The translations under genes and the position numbers were made by a program. Shown piece by piece: positions 1-10,600 of a DNA stretch of 64,000 bases; position 1 is the stretch's first letter; the number at the start of each line of letters is the position of its first letter. The stretch is from the NCBI GenBank assembly GCA_052279835.1, contig CP181291.1:928001-992000 (forward strand), read 5' to 3'. Under the pieces are notes generated by a model, which saw only the letters and a program-made list of their open reading frames with translations, did no database searches and was not told the DNA's origin. This DNA comes from Microcoleus sp. (GTDB lineage: Bacteria; Cyanobacteriota; Cyanobacteriia; Cyanobacteriales; Microcoleaceae).

Positions 1-949
1 AACCGTGGGCTTTAAAGAATCCTTTTTCTTTGGCTACTACTAAGGGGGCGCAGTCGGTGAGGGGAATAAAGCCGATATCGAGGTTGACTTTTTCCAAGCC
101 GTTGCGGGACACAACTACCGCTGGGGATTGTTGCTGTGCTGATTTTTGTTGGGCTGCGCGACGCTGTTTGACTCGTTTTTGTTGGTTGAGGAAGTAAACC
201 ATTTCGTTACGCAGGGCGTAGTAACTGGGATGGTTGACTACTTCCATGCGCTTGCGGGGGCGGGGGATGTTGACTTCGAGGATTTGCCCGATTTGCGCTT
301 CCGGGCCGTTGGTTAGCATCACGATGCGATCGCTCAGCAGCAAGGCCTCGTCAACGTCGTGCGTTACCATGACCCCAGTTACTTTGCTTTCTTCGCAAAT
401 TTTCATCAACTGGTCTTGCAAACCGCCACGAGTTAAAGCATCCAATGCGCCGAAGGGTTCATCTAGCAACAGCAATTTGGGACGGATCGCCAGGGCGCGG
501 CCGATCGCCACTCGTTGTTTCATCCCCCCAGAAATTTCACTTGGACGTTTGTGGGCGGCGTGTCGCAGTCCGACTAAGGCGATGTGGTGTTCGATAATCA
601 AGTCGCGATCGGATGCAGAGATATCTCTGTAGATTTCATCCACCGCTAGAGCAATATTTTCGCGGACAGTCAGCCAAGGTAACAGGGAGTAGTTTTGAAA
701 CACTACCATGCGATCGGGGCCAGGCTCGCGGACTTCGCGGCCTTCTAGAGTAATCCCCCCCTGACTTGCTTGATCGAGTCCAGCGATGATATTTAACAGT
801 GTCGATTTACCACAACCGGAGTGTCCGATCAAGGAGATAAATTCTCCTTTTTTAATTTTGAGTTCAATGTTTTTGAGCGCAATATATTGCTCACCATTGG
901 GTAAGTTAAATACGCGGTCTACGTGGTCTACTTCAACAAATACTGACAT
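1..949 (-). CDS. nrtC: Nitrate/nitrite ABC transporter ATP-binding subunit with C-terminal NrtA-like domain (3' end runs off the window)
   Basis: Not in the ORF track. Manual translation from the ATG at 949 gives [14 protein letters not shown]...GHSGCGKST (Walker A)...ISGGMKQR...[12 protein letters not shown]...[11 protein letters not shown]. Lies downstream of nrtB. Confidence 0.93.
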   Translation of the reverse strand, partial: MSVFVEVDHVDRVFNLPNGEQYIALKNIELKIKKGEFISLIGHSGCGKSTLLNIIAGLDQASQGGITLEGREVREPGPDRMVVFQNYSLLPWLTVRENIALAVDEIYRDISASDRDLIIEHHIALVGLRHAAHKRPSEISGGMKQRVAIGRALAIRPKLLLLDEPFGALDALTRGGLQDQLMKICEESKVTGVMVTHDVDEALLLSDRIVMLTNGPEAQIGQILEVNIPRPRKRMEVVNHPSYYALRNEMVYFLNQQKRVKQRRAAQQKSAQQQSPAVVVSRNGLEKVNLDIGFIPLTDCAPLVVAKEKGFFKAHG

Positions 950-1070
950 GATTTTTTTAGGGTAATTTTTACAGAGCAGATGCTAATTATTAATTGTTAT
1001 TTGGGAATTGGTAATTGGGCATTGGGAATTAATTTACAACTAATTTTTGGCAGTTTTTAGTTGGCAACCA

Positions 1071-1110
1071 TTCCCCATTCCCCATTCCCTATTCCCCATT
1101 CCCCATTCCC
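1071..1110 (+). repeat. Heptamer short tandem repeat (TTCCCCA-type STRR)
   Basis: ttccccattccccattccctattccccattccccattccc between nrtB and nrtC. Confidence 0.85.
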
Positions 1111-1115
1111 AAATT

Positions 1116-1985
1116 CTATTTCTGTTCTTCAGGAACCACTTTGGAGGCGATGAAACCGACAATTCTGTCGAGAATCAAACCGACAATTCCCACATAAAGC
1201 ACAGCCAGAATCACCGCACTGAGTCGAGAACTGTTGTAAGCATCCCAGATGAAGAAGCCGATGCCAACGCCGCCGACTAACATTTCCGCAGCTACAATCG
1301 CCAGCCAAGACAAACCAATACCGATTCTCAAGCCAGTGAAGATGTAAGGAACTGAAGAGGGGAGCAGGATTTTCCAGAAGTATTTTTTGTTAGGCAAGCG
1401 CAAGACGCGGGCGACGTTTCTGTAATCTTGGGGTATTTGTTGAACCCCTACGGTAGTGTTAATTAAAATCGGCCAAATTGCTGTAATTAAAATTACGAAC
1501 AGCGCTGAAACTTCGTTAGCTTTCAGCCCTAGCGCTTCAAAGGGATTGAACTGTTGAAATACTGCCAGGGCGATCGGCAACCAAGCCAGGGGCGGGATGG
1601 TTCTAAATACTTGAAACAGCGGGTCTAAGGCATCGAACATGAGGGAGTTTGTGCCGATGAGGATTCCTAAACCAATGCCAAGCACTGCTGCTAAAGTAAA
1701 GCCGATCGCCACCCGTTGCAAGCTGGCTGCAATTTGCCAAAATAAGCCTTTGTCTGTGCCACCGTTGTCGTAGAAAGGATTGATAATCAAATTCCAGCTT
1801 TCTTGGACTGCTTTGATCGGACCTGGTAATGACGATGAGGCATCGTGACAGAGAATTTGCCAAACTATGAGCAGAACTGCGATCGCCACTAGGGGACGAA
1901 TAATTTTTTTGCGATTTTTCTGAACTTGATTCAGAATGAAATCTACAGGATTTTTGCTCTTAGAAACAGAGATATTTGTTGCCAT
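1116..1985 (-). CDS. nrtB: Nitrate ABC transporter permease
   Basis: PFYDNGGTDKGLFWQ, TIPPLAWLP and GLRIGIGLSWLAIVAAEM motifs; operon position. Confidence 0.95.
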   Translation of the reverse strand: MATNISVSKSKNPVDFILNQVQKNRKKIIRPLVAIAVLLIVWQILCHDASSSLPGPIKAVQESWNLIINPFYDNGGTDKGLFWQIAASLQRVAIGFTLAAVLGIGLGILIGTNSLMFDALDPLFQVFRTIPPLAWLPIALAVFQQFNPFEALGLKANEVSALFVILITAIWPILINTTVGVQQIPQDYRNVARVLRLPNKKYFWKILLPSSVPYIFTGLRIGIGLSWLAIVAAEMLVGGVGIGFFIWDAYNSSRLSAVILAVLYVGIVGLILDRIVGFIASKVVPEEQK

Positions 1986-2060
1986 TTTTCTGTTTGGAGT
2001 ATAGTGAATAATCGATTATTTGTAGATGCTTTGAAATCTAAATCGTGGGAGCTGTTGTCG

Positions 2061-2085
2061 GTGGAGTTGGGAAACCCAACTCCAC
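2061..2085. other. Perfect 11-bp hairpin between nrtA and nrtB (likely mRNA-stabilising or attenuating stem)
   Basis: GTGGAGTTGGG-AAA-CCCAACTCCAC. Confidence 0.6.
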
Positions 2086-2144
2086 TCACTTCAAGAATTG
2101 GCTAACAATCTACAGTCAACTCAAACCTGTCAACTGTGCGCTAA

Positions 2145-3473
2145 TTATGCCTTCTTGATTGCCAGACTCTTCAAATATTCTTCGGGCTTATCTGGGTCAA
2201 ATTTCACGCCATCAAAGAAGGTTTCCACACCGCGAGAAGTGGTAGCCGGAATTTGAGCAGCGGGAACACCAATTGCTGTCGCCGCTGCTTTCCAAATATC
2301 CTCGCGGTTAACTTTATCAACCGTTGCTTTGATGTCGGTAGTTGCCGGCATATAACCCCAGCGAATATTTTCGCTAATGAACCAAGCATCGTGACTCTTG
2401 TAGGGATAGGAAGCATTGTCAGCCCAGAATTTCATCGCTACTGTGCTGGCTGGTTCAACTTTACCAGTACCGTAATCAATTTGACCTTTGGAGCGACCGA
2501 TAATGTCTGCAACTGGCACTTTCAACCACTTATCTTGGGAAATGATTTGACACATTTCATCTTTATTTTCCGGCTTGTCGCACCACTGTTGAGCTTCCAA
2601 AACAGCCATGGTAATTGCTTTAGCAGCTTTCGGATTTTTTGTCACCCAATCTGCTCTTAAAGCTAAAGCTTTTTCTGGGTGATCTTTCCAAAGTTCTCCG
2701 GTGACTAAGGCACTGTATCCGACCTTTTGAGCAACTAGCTGAGCATTCCAAGGTTCGCCTACACAAAAGGCTTCCATACTGCCGGATTTCATGTTAGCTA
2801 CCATTTGGGGTGGCGGAATAGGAATCACGGAAACCTCTGTATCTGGATTGATGCCGCCGGCTGCTAGCCAGTAGCGCAGCCACAAATCGTGAGTGCCACC
2901 GGGAAAGGTCATAGCAACTTTTTGATTAGCCAGAGCCGTTTTGAGGGCTTTGCTGTCAGTGCCTACTTTTAAATCAAGGAATTTTTTGCTGACGGAAATT
3001 CCTTGACCGTTGGTATTTAACCGCGCCAAAATGTTCATCGGCACTGGTTGATTACCTTTGGTAATAGTGCCCAAGGTCATCTGGTAAGGCATGGGGGATA
3101 AAATGTGGGCCCCGTCGATACCGCCTTTGTCAGAACCGAGTTCTAAGTTGTCGCGTGTAACTGGCCAAGATGCTTGTTTGGTAACTTGCACGTCTTTCAT
3201 GCCGTACTTGGCAAATAAGCCTTTTTCTTGGGCAATAATTAAGGGTGCTGAATCAGTTAGAGCAATGAATCCGAGTTTGGCTGCGGTAACTTCCGGGGCG
3301 TCGGCGGGGTTGATGCTGACTGCTGGGCTGGGAGTGCCAGAGGAAGCGCTGGGGGTGGGACTGCCAGTGCTATTGCTGGTGCTGGAACCGGAACTGCAAC
3401 CGTGGGCTAGGAGAGTGCCGGCTGCTGTTGCTCCGGCGGTGATGATGAATTTTCTTCTAGAAAGGTTGCTCAT
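2145..3473 (-). CDS. nrtA: Nitrate/nitrite-binding lipoprotein
   Basis: Tat-like SRRKF, lipobox LAHGC, KLGFIALTDSAPL, TFPGGTH, CVGEPW; directly downstream of nirA. Confidence 0.95.
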   Translation of the reverse strand: MSNLSRRKFIITAGATAAGTLLAHGCSSGSSTSNSTGSPTPSASSGTPSPAVSINPADAPEVTAAKLGFIALTDSAPLIIAQEKGLFAKYGMKDVQVTKQASWPVTRDNLELGSDKGGIDGAHILSPMPYQMTLGTITKGNQPVPMNILARLNTNGQGISVSKKFLDLKVGTDSKALKTALANQKVAMTFPGGTHDLWLRYWLAAGGINPDTEVSVIPIPPPQMVANMKSGSMEAFCVGEPWNAQLVAQKVGYSALVTGELWKDHPEKALALRADWVTKNPKAAKAITMAVLEAQQWCDKPENKDEMCQIISQDKWLKVPVADIIGRSKGQIDYGTGKVEPASTVAMKFWADNASYPYKSHDAWFISENIRWGYMPATTDIKATVDKVNREDIWKAAATAIGVPAAQIPATTSRGVETFFDGVKFDPDKPEEYLKSLAIKKA

Positions 3474-3659
3474 GTGTCTTGAATTTTTGGTGTACTTTGA
3501 GATTATGTGAGATAAAGGTGTGAGATTTTGTGCGAACTTGGTGCGTGGGAAAGCAAAAATCTAGGTGTGAGATTGCTTGGCTTTGTTCGCACACAATCAA
3601 ATCATTTCCTTTGCAGTGACATCATACTATTTGGTAGTCTCGGATATCACATTGTGAGA

Positions 3660-5534
3660 TCAGGCGTCGATCGTCACTTTGCCGATCGCCCGCGCGCTAC
3701 AGGTTAAAATGAACCCTGGTTCTATGTTGCTGAGCGCGTCAAGTTCGCCATCGTAGGCGATATCGCCTTTTAGGAGTTTCTGCTTACAAGTGCCACAACT
3801 TCCTGAACGGCAACTGCTGTCGAGTTCGACTCCGGCACGTTCGGCAACATCGAGGATGAACTCGTCTTCGCTGCAAGCAACTTCTTTGCCCGATCGAGCG
3901 AAAATGACAGTAGATGTCTGAGGTTTCGCTTCGGGAACCGTTGTTTCCCCCTCGTCAACCGTCAATAGCAATTGTCGGTTTAGAGAAGCTACTTCCCCAG
4001 ATGCCTTGGGAACCGCCCCGAACTTATCGACTAAAATTTGCATCAGCACGGGTTTGAGGTCTTCGCAGGGAATACTTTTTTGGACACAGCTACCCAAATG
4101 AGCATCTTTACCCACAGTACCTCCCATATAAATGTCAACACCTTCGAGGGTTTTGCCATTCTTACGAACCTTTGTCCCCATGAGACCGATATCTGCTACT
4201 TGGGGTTGACCGCAGGAATTGGGACAACCAGTCCAGTGAATTCTCACTGGTTTGGGTACTGAGAGTTCGGCTTCGAGTTCCAGAATCATAGCCACGGCAC
4301 GGCTTTTGGTTTCGATGAGGGCGAAGTTACAAAACTTAGCGCCAGTGCAGGAAACCAAGGCTCGCGTTAGGGGTGCGGGGTCGATGGAAAAACGCTCTAG
4401 CAGGGGTTCTTTAACCAAGGATTCAATCCGTGATTCAGGAACGTTGGGAATAATCACGTTTTCTTCGACGGTGAGTCTGAGTTCCCCACTGCCGTAAACG
4501 TCGGCAATTCTCGCCAAGTCGAATAAATCCGCTGCTGCAAGTCGGCCGACGGGAACGTGCAAACCTACATACTTTAAACCTGATTGTTTTTGGTCGTAAA
4601 TGCCGATGTGATCGCGTTTGTCCCAGATGATTTCATCTTTGGGCGCAGCAGGAAGCAAGGTACGGCCTAATTCCTGTTCTACTTGGGCTCGGAATTGTTC
4701 GATGCCCAACTCGTCAATCAGCCACATGAGGCGGGACTTTTGGCGATTGGCTCTGGGCCCGCGATCGCGGTACACAGTTAATATAGCTTTGCACAAATCT
4801 ACAACGTCGCTAGGACTTGCCCAGGCGTTGAGGGGAATGGCTGCTTCGCAGCGTTTGGCGGAGAAGAAACCCCCGACTAAAACATTGAAACCGATGTTGC
4901 CGTCTTGATAAGCGGGGACAAAGGCGATGTCGTTAATTTCGGCATGGACTGAGTTGTCACGACAGCCTGCGATCGCAATATTAAATTTTCTCGGTAAATT
5001 GGAAAACTGGGGATTACCTTCGCCACAATTGGTAATCATGTCTTGAACTTGATAAGCCAGTTCCCGCGTGTCTATCAGTTCGTCTGCATCTAAGCCCGCT
5101 ACTGGCGAACCTGTAATATTTCGCACATTATCCATACCAGACTGGACGCTGGTCAGGCCAACTTCTTTCATGCGATGGAAGATATCTGGCAAGTCTTCGA
5201 TCACAATGCCACGTAGTTGCAAGTTTTGTCTGGTAGTAATGTCAGCGCTGCCGTCATCTCCGTAGCGTTGTACAATTTCTGCCATGGTTCTGGTTTGACT
5301 GCTGGTGATGATGCCATTGGGTAAGCGCAGTCGCATCATGAATTTTCCGGGCGTGACCGGCCGAAAGAAGATACCCAACCATTTCAGGCGGTGCTCGCGG
5401 TCTGTGGCATCCATTGCTTCCCAGCCGATTTTAGCGAAGTCTTCCAGTTCGGCTTTGAGTGCTAAGCCGTCTTTTTCCGCTTTGAGTTTTTCAAATTTGT
5501 TTAAGCTGGCTTGGGGTTCTACGGTTTGGGTCAT
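3660..5534 (-). CDS. nirA: Ferredoxin-nitrite reductase with fused C-terminal [2Fe-2S] ferredoxin domain
   Basis: TTRQN, LPRKFN, CTGAKFC and GCPNSCG siroheme/4Fe-4S ligands; C-terminal CRSGSCGTC...LTC. Confidence 0.96.
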   Translation of the reverse strand: MTQTVEPQASLNKFEKLKAEKDGLALKAELEDFAKIGWEAMDATDREHRLKWLGIFFRPVTPGKFMMRLRLPNGIITSSQTRTMAEIVQRYGDDGSADITTRQNLQLRGIVIEDLPDIFHRMKEVGLTSVQSGMDNVRNITGSPVAGLDADELIDTRELAYQVQDMITNCGEGNPQFSNLPRKFNIAIAGCRDNSVHAEINDIAFVPAYQDGNIGFNVLVGGFFSAKRCEAAIPLNAWASPSDVVDLCKAILTVYRDRGPRANRQKSRLMWLIDELGIEQFRAQVEQELGRTLLPAAPKDEIIWDKRDHIGIYDQKQSGLKYVGLHVPVGRLAAADLFDLARIADVYGSGELRLTVEENVIIPNVPESRIESLVKEPLLERFSIDPAPLTRALVSCTGAKFCNFALIETKSRAVAMILELEAELSVPKPVRIHWTGCPNSCGQPQVADIGLMGTKVRKNGKTLEGVDIYMGGTVGKDAHLGSCVQKSIPCEDLKPVLMQILVDKFGAVPKASGEVASLNRQLLLTVDEGETTVPEAKPQTSTVIFARSGKEVACSEDEFILDVAERAGVELDSSCRSGSCGTCKQKLLKGDIAYDGELDALSNIEPGFILTCSARAIGKVTIDA

Positions 5535-5603
5535 GGGTTTACCCTCGCGGCTGCTTTGTTGGGGGAGCTATTGACTTGGGGCATAAAGTGTGATTTTTCG
5601 CTA

Positions 5604-5645
5604 ACCTTAGTGAGTTTACTGATTTAAAACTGTATATCTAGTTAC
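5604..5645 (-). promoter_or_regulatory. Proximal NtcA-activated promoter of the nir operon
   Basis: Minus strand GTA-ACTAGATA-TAC-N22-TAAGGT matches the GTA-N8-TAC-N22-TAN3T consensus. Confidence 0.75.
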
Positions 5646-5731
5646 TCGATCGCATTTCTTGTAAGCATCGCTGGCTATCTGTAAATTAGATTTTTACTTG
5701 GTGCTGCTGAGACAGCCAAGGAACTACTTTG

Positions 5732-5745
5732 GTAATAGTTGCTAC
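5732..5745. promoter_or_regulatory. Additional NtcA box without a correctly spaced -10
   Basis: GTA-ATAGTTGC-TAC. Confidence 0.55.
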
Positions 5746-5793
5746 GGATGGTTCGGTCGATCGCCGCCCTTGTGTGCACCTTGGTTGTGAACT

Positions 5794-5835
5794 AATGTAA
5801 AGCCCTTAACTGTAAATATTCGTAGCTATTTTTAC
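5794..5835 (-). promoter_or_regulatory. Distal NtcA-activated promoter of the nir operon
   Basis: Minus strand GTA-AAAATAGC-TAC-N22-TACATT. Confidence 0.82.
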
Positions 5836-5872
5836 AAAATATAGAGTTTTATGAATTTTAAGGCGATTTGCA

Positions 5873-5887
5873 ATGCGTTTTTTGCAT
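5873..5887. promoter_or_regulatory. NtcB (LysR-type) binding site
   Basis: ATGC-GTTTTTT-GCAT (AT-N11-AT palindrome), centred about 93 nt upstream of the predicted distal TSS. Confidence 0.68.
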
Positions 5888-6121
5888 GAGTGGGTAAAAA
5901 TGCCCACTGAGTTCAAAAAAAATTAATAAATCTTTAGATTGGCGTGCACAAAAATATTTTTGTGACATGGATCGTAGTCTCTGGGTTCTCACCATCACAC
6001 AATTAGAGTGCCTAATGTCACCTACTTTGTATCAAAATATCACCAGATATACGATGTCGGCATCACGAGGGATTTTGGGAGAACCAGAGATGATATATAT
6101 GTAGAGTTCAATCAACATCTC

Positions 6122-6337
6122 ATGTTTTTCATTCAACTGATTCCCGGCGCTATTTCAGAAATACTTGCTTCTGTCAGCGATACTGGCACTTTGACCATAG
6201 CCGATCGCTATGGCTTGATGGCCGCGGTTTTGGACGAATCTCTCGAAGACGAAGACAGAAACTCCCTGAACCGTTTGTTGCGTTCTGTGCTCAAGGGGCG
6301 AGTCAAGATCGTCAACGAACTGTCGGCGATTATTTAG
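6122..6337 (+). CDS. Small cyanobacterial hypothetical protein (about 71 aa)
   Basis: LIPGAISE...LTIADRYGLMAAVLDESL...NRLLRSV..GRVKIV resembles a recurrent cyanobacterial small-protein family; the ATG at 6122 is preferred over the GTG at 6008. Confidence 0.7.
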   Translation: MFFIQLIPGAISEILASVSDTGTLTIADRYGLMAAVLDESLEDEDRNSLNRLLRSVLKGRVKIVNELSAII

Positions 6338-6660
6338 AACAGTTGCTTATATCTTGTCGAGCCAATTACAAGATTACTGAAATATGTTTGTTAAATTTTA
6401 TACCTGACCCCTAGAAAATATACAAATAAATTCTGGTTTGAGCGCTGTCCTATCTTTACCAAAACTTTAAATAAAATGACGATAATCCATGATTTAATTT
6501 AAATAATTCGTAGCAGAGTTGACTTTCTAATTTTAAGATAAAATTTTAATATAATAATTTTATGAACAATACTAACTAATAGGTAATTGTCGGATTGGTA
6601 ATTTTATAGATAGTTAGCTACAGACTATTATCTTCCCACTCATTCCCCAGGAAACATTTA

Positions 6661-7548
6661 ATGAATACAAGTTCTAAAATTTTGAAGCGATGGGTTTACT
6701 CAGGCGCTATATCATTATGTGCAATGGTCGCCGCACCACAACCAAAAGCCGCCGCAGCCACCCTCTCTAATGGCTGGAATTATGCGATCGACTCCTTCAA
6801 TGATGGTGTGACCGGCCTTCAAATTGGTGGTGGCGAATTTGAATTTTATGGCATCGCCGTCAAAGAAACATCAGATACCGCATTCATTGCCATCAACTCC
6901 AATCTCAGCTTAGCAGGATATGCTAGCACCGGTGTCGAAAGAGGCAATGTCAATTACGGCGATTTATTTTTCAACTTCTCCGGTCAAGATTTTAACACAG
7001 CTAACGCAAAGGGCAACTTATTTGGTATCCGTTTTGCAGAAGGAAACGACTCCGGTGTAGCTACCACAGGAGTTTACAGCAAGGTTACTGCTAAAAGCGT
7101 TACTCAAACCAACTCTGGTTTTGCCAATTTAACCCTATTCAACGATCGCGTGAAGTCAGCAGGTGGAACACCATCAATGGGCGATTTAGCGGCCACAGAC
7201 CCCTATTTTGAGCAAACAGGTACCTGGACAGTTCTCAACTCAATTGCTACGGGTACAAAAGTTGGAGAAATAAATTTTCTCACCCCAGCAACTTTGAGTG
7301 CCCTGGGTTTGAATTTTGCTCAGTTTAATGCCCAAGGTTCTCAAACTATTGGATTTAGTTTTAATAAATCCTCCATGCCTTCTGGGAGTTATATTGCTAA
7401 TTTGTTTGCGGAATGTGCTAATGATGCGATCGCCATTAAAAGCTCTTTTGAAAAAAGCTCTGCTGAACCCGTACCAGAACCTTCTACCATATTTGGTACT
7501 GTAGCCGGACTTAGTATTTTAGCAGCAAAACGCAAATTGAAGCGCTAG
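6661..7548 (+). CDS. PEP-CTERM (cyanoexosortase-sorted) surface protein, XDD3-like
   Basis: N-terminal signal peptide, GWNYAIDSFNDG, ECAND, C-terminal VPEPST + hydrophobic helix + KRKLKR. Confidence 0.88.
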   Translation: MNTSSKILKRWVYSGAISLCAMVAAPQPKAAAATLSNGWNYAIDSFNDGVTGLQIGGGEFEFYGIAVKETSDTAFIAINSNLSLAGYASTGVERGNVNYGDLFFNFSGQDFNTANAKGNLFGIRFAEGNDSGVATTGVYSKVTAKSVTQTNSGFANLTLFNDRVKSAGGTPSMGDLAATDPYFEQTGTWTVLNSIATGTKVGEINFLTPATLSALGLNFAQFNAQGSQTIGFSFNKSSMPSGSYIANLFAECANDAIAIKSSFEKSSAEPVPEPSTIFGTVAGLSILAAKRKLKR

Positions 7549-7567
7549 ATTAGCTGTAATTAAAAGG

Positions 7568-7602
7568 TAGAACCCCGACTGCTTCAAGCAGTTGGGGCTC
7601 TA
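7568..7602. terminator. Hairpin between convergent genes (bidirectional terminator candidate)
   Basis: TAGAACCCCGACTGCTT-C-AAGCAGTTGGGGCTCTA. Confidence 0.65.
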
Positions 7603-7612
7603 ACATAATGCT

Positions 7613-10600
7613 CTAAGCTAGGCTGAAATCAGCAGCATTAATCATGCTGGCTGACACCCCATTCAGAGAGGCTAGAATCTCTCCGGTTGCTGAGAAACGG
7701 ATGAATGTTGCACTGTTTTCTTGAGTAATTGAGAGTTGGGAGAAAGTCAAGCCACCACCCAAGACTAACAAGTCTTTGCCGTCTTCAAAGTCAGTAATAG
7801 TATCGATGCCAGAATTGGTAGATAATAAGAAATTATCAATACCATTACCTCCGGTTAAAGTATCACTTCCCAAACCGCCAAACAACGCATCATCACCCTT
7901 ACCTCCCAGCAGAATATCATTGCCATCACCGCCATTCAAACTATCAGCACCGCGGCCGCCAAACAAGGTATCATCACCCGTACCTCCGAGCAAAATATCC
8001 CTATCCTTGCCACCGAAAAGACTATCATTCCCAGCGCCACCATCGAGGGAATCATTGCCCCTCATGCCCATCAACACATTATTTGCGCTGTCGCCAGTGA
8101 GGATATCGTCGCCATTTGTGCCGATCGTGCGATCGGGAGAATTACTGCCCAAATCGGCTTCACCGGTGACTACAGGAACCGCAATCCCAACAGGTAATAT
8201 GACAGCTTGAATCTTGCTATCTAAAGCAGCACCAGTATTGTCAGTAACTACCTGGGAAATTGTTTTATTTCCCGCGCCAACTGCTTTGAAGTCTTGAGTA
8301 GTTGCCCCCAAAGTTACTTTTTGGACGCGGGCGACTGCTTCAGGAATTGAAGTTGTTGTGCTGGATACAGCGGTATCAATGCGTTGATTTGCTGTTGCCA
8401 TTACTGTCGCAGCTTGCGAGGTAATTGAGGTGATTTTTTGACTGTTGAAACTGGGGTCAATCTGCTTAATTTTCGCCCCAGCTTGCTGAATTATTGGTTC
8501 TAAAGCGGCTGCGTTGCTGAGGTTTAAAACAGTACCGGATTGAATTGGAGTCGTAATTGAACTGACAACAGCCTTGACAATTGCGTTGGTAGTTGCACTG
8601 GAAGCACCGTCAATTAAAGCGACTGTTTGGGTGATGAAGTTTTGGACTTTCACCATTGCGGCTAAAGTTGCGACGCCACCAGGTAAATTGTTTTCGGTGG
8701 CGGCGATCGGATCTAAGTCAGTAATATCAATTTCAGCGGGAACCGAAAGAGAAGAGTTGACCAGAGATTGCGCAGTTTCCGGTGCAACTCCCTTGTCAAT
8801 TAAATCTGCGACCAAACTGGTTAACAGCGTCACAACAGTAGCGTAAGGCGGTGCAGTGACAGGCGTTTCCAAAGGCAAACCAGTGGCAGTGTCAGTACCG
8901 CCGAAAGCAACAATATTGCCTTCTTCTGGATCGAGTTCGCCATTTTGATTTTTGTCGAAAGTGTCGTTGGGGATACTCAACTCGTATTCACCACTAGCGC
9001 TAGTAGTGGCAGAAGGTTCGCTAGCATCGAGTACCCCATTCTTGTTAGCGTCAAAAAAGACAGTAGCCCCAGCGATATAACTGTCAATTACAAAGCCGCC
9101 AAGAGATTTACTTTTGAACCGAACGATCTCGCTAACGCTAGCACCCGATGAATCCGTTCCCGTTACCTTCAGCCAATAGTTGAAAGATGTTGGCCGAGTC
9201 GCGCCTAAATTGATAGTACGGGTGGCGGGATTAAAGGTTAGCCATGAAGGCAAAGGAATTTCAGGGAATTTTAACCCTGCGATCGGCTGCCGATAGGAAC
9301 CGCCGTTGAGATCGGTCTTCCAACTGTACGCCGACTCGTTCAAGGCACTGAAATCTGCCAGGGCGATCGAATAATTAATGCTATCCCCCGGATCTGGGTC
9401 TGTATCGGTGTTTGCAGCCAAAGTAAACGCATTGCCAGTTTGAGAAAAACCCAGCGCCGCACTTTGGGAAAACATAGAACGATTCACAACCGGCGGGTTG
9501 TTGCCGACAATACCTCCCGCCAAAGCCAGCATATCGACGCGCTTGAAGTTTAAGCCAGTGTTGGTAACGTTGTCATCTTCGTCGTCGCCGTCATTGATAG
9601 TGACGCCAGTTGAGTTCAGAAAATTAGCAAATTCGCTTGGCGTTAGCCGGCGACCCAAGTCTCGCTGCGCTAACTGCTGTGCTAGAACGGCAATTCCAGC
9701 GATATGGGGTGCAGCTTGGCTAGTACCAGGAAGAGTGGTTAGACCCCCAGTAGGGCCAGCCCCCGTAATCATAGCCCCAGGAGCAAAGACTGTTGTCAGT
9801 GTCTTGTCACGCTGAGAGAAAGGTGCGAGGCGATCGGCGGCAGTGGTGTTGGCGATCGCACTCCCGCTATAAGGACCGAAGTTCGAGTCAAACACCGCCC
9901 CGATCGAAAGGGAGTTCGGATCGGCAGATGGGTAACCCACACCCTGAGCGCTGCCGTAGGGGGCGAAGTCGTTGCCTGATGCTGAAACGACGATCACATT
10001 TTTCGCTGCCAAGTCTGCTAGCTCATCGTTAAGGCCGTAGAGGGTTTGGGGAGTGTTGTAATTTTGACGGTCTCCCAGCGACATATTGACACTGGCAATA
10101 TTGTACGTCGATGTGTTTGCCACCACCCATTGCAAGGCTTGTTCTACATACTTAAAGTCTCCGGAGTTATTATTCTTAAAGACCTTAAGGTGGATGATAT
10201 TGGCACCTGGTGCCATCCCCGTGTGGATACTGTCTTGAGAGGTAGCAATACTAGAAACGTTCGATCCATGTCCGTTCACGTCACTAGCATTCGCGTCGCC
10301 GTCAGCGAAATCGTAGTTATAGACGATGCGATCGGCAATGCCGTTAGAGTCACTATCCGGGCCAAAGAAAGGGTGGTTTAAGTCAATGCCGGTATCTATG
10401 ATTACTGTCGCAAAACCCCCGCCATCAATTCCGGCAAAACGCGGTGTGGCGCGGAACTTATCCATGTTGATCAGGGGGCCGGATATATCCGTGCTAGGAG
10501 AGATACTTAAATTGTCTGTAGTGAATATTTCTTCACTAGCTTTGTATACTGGGGCATTAGAGCTAGTGGTGCTGATACCGTTTAGACGAGGTGCAACAGA

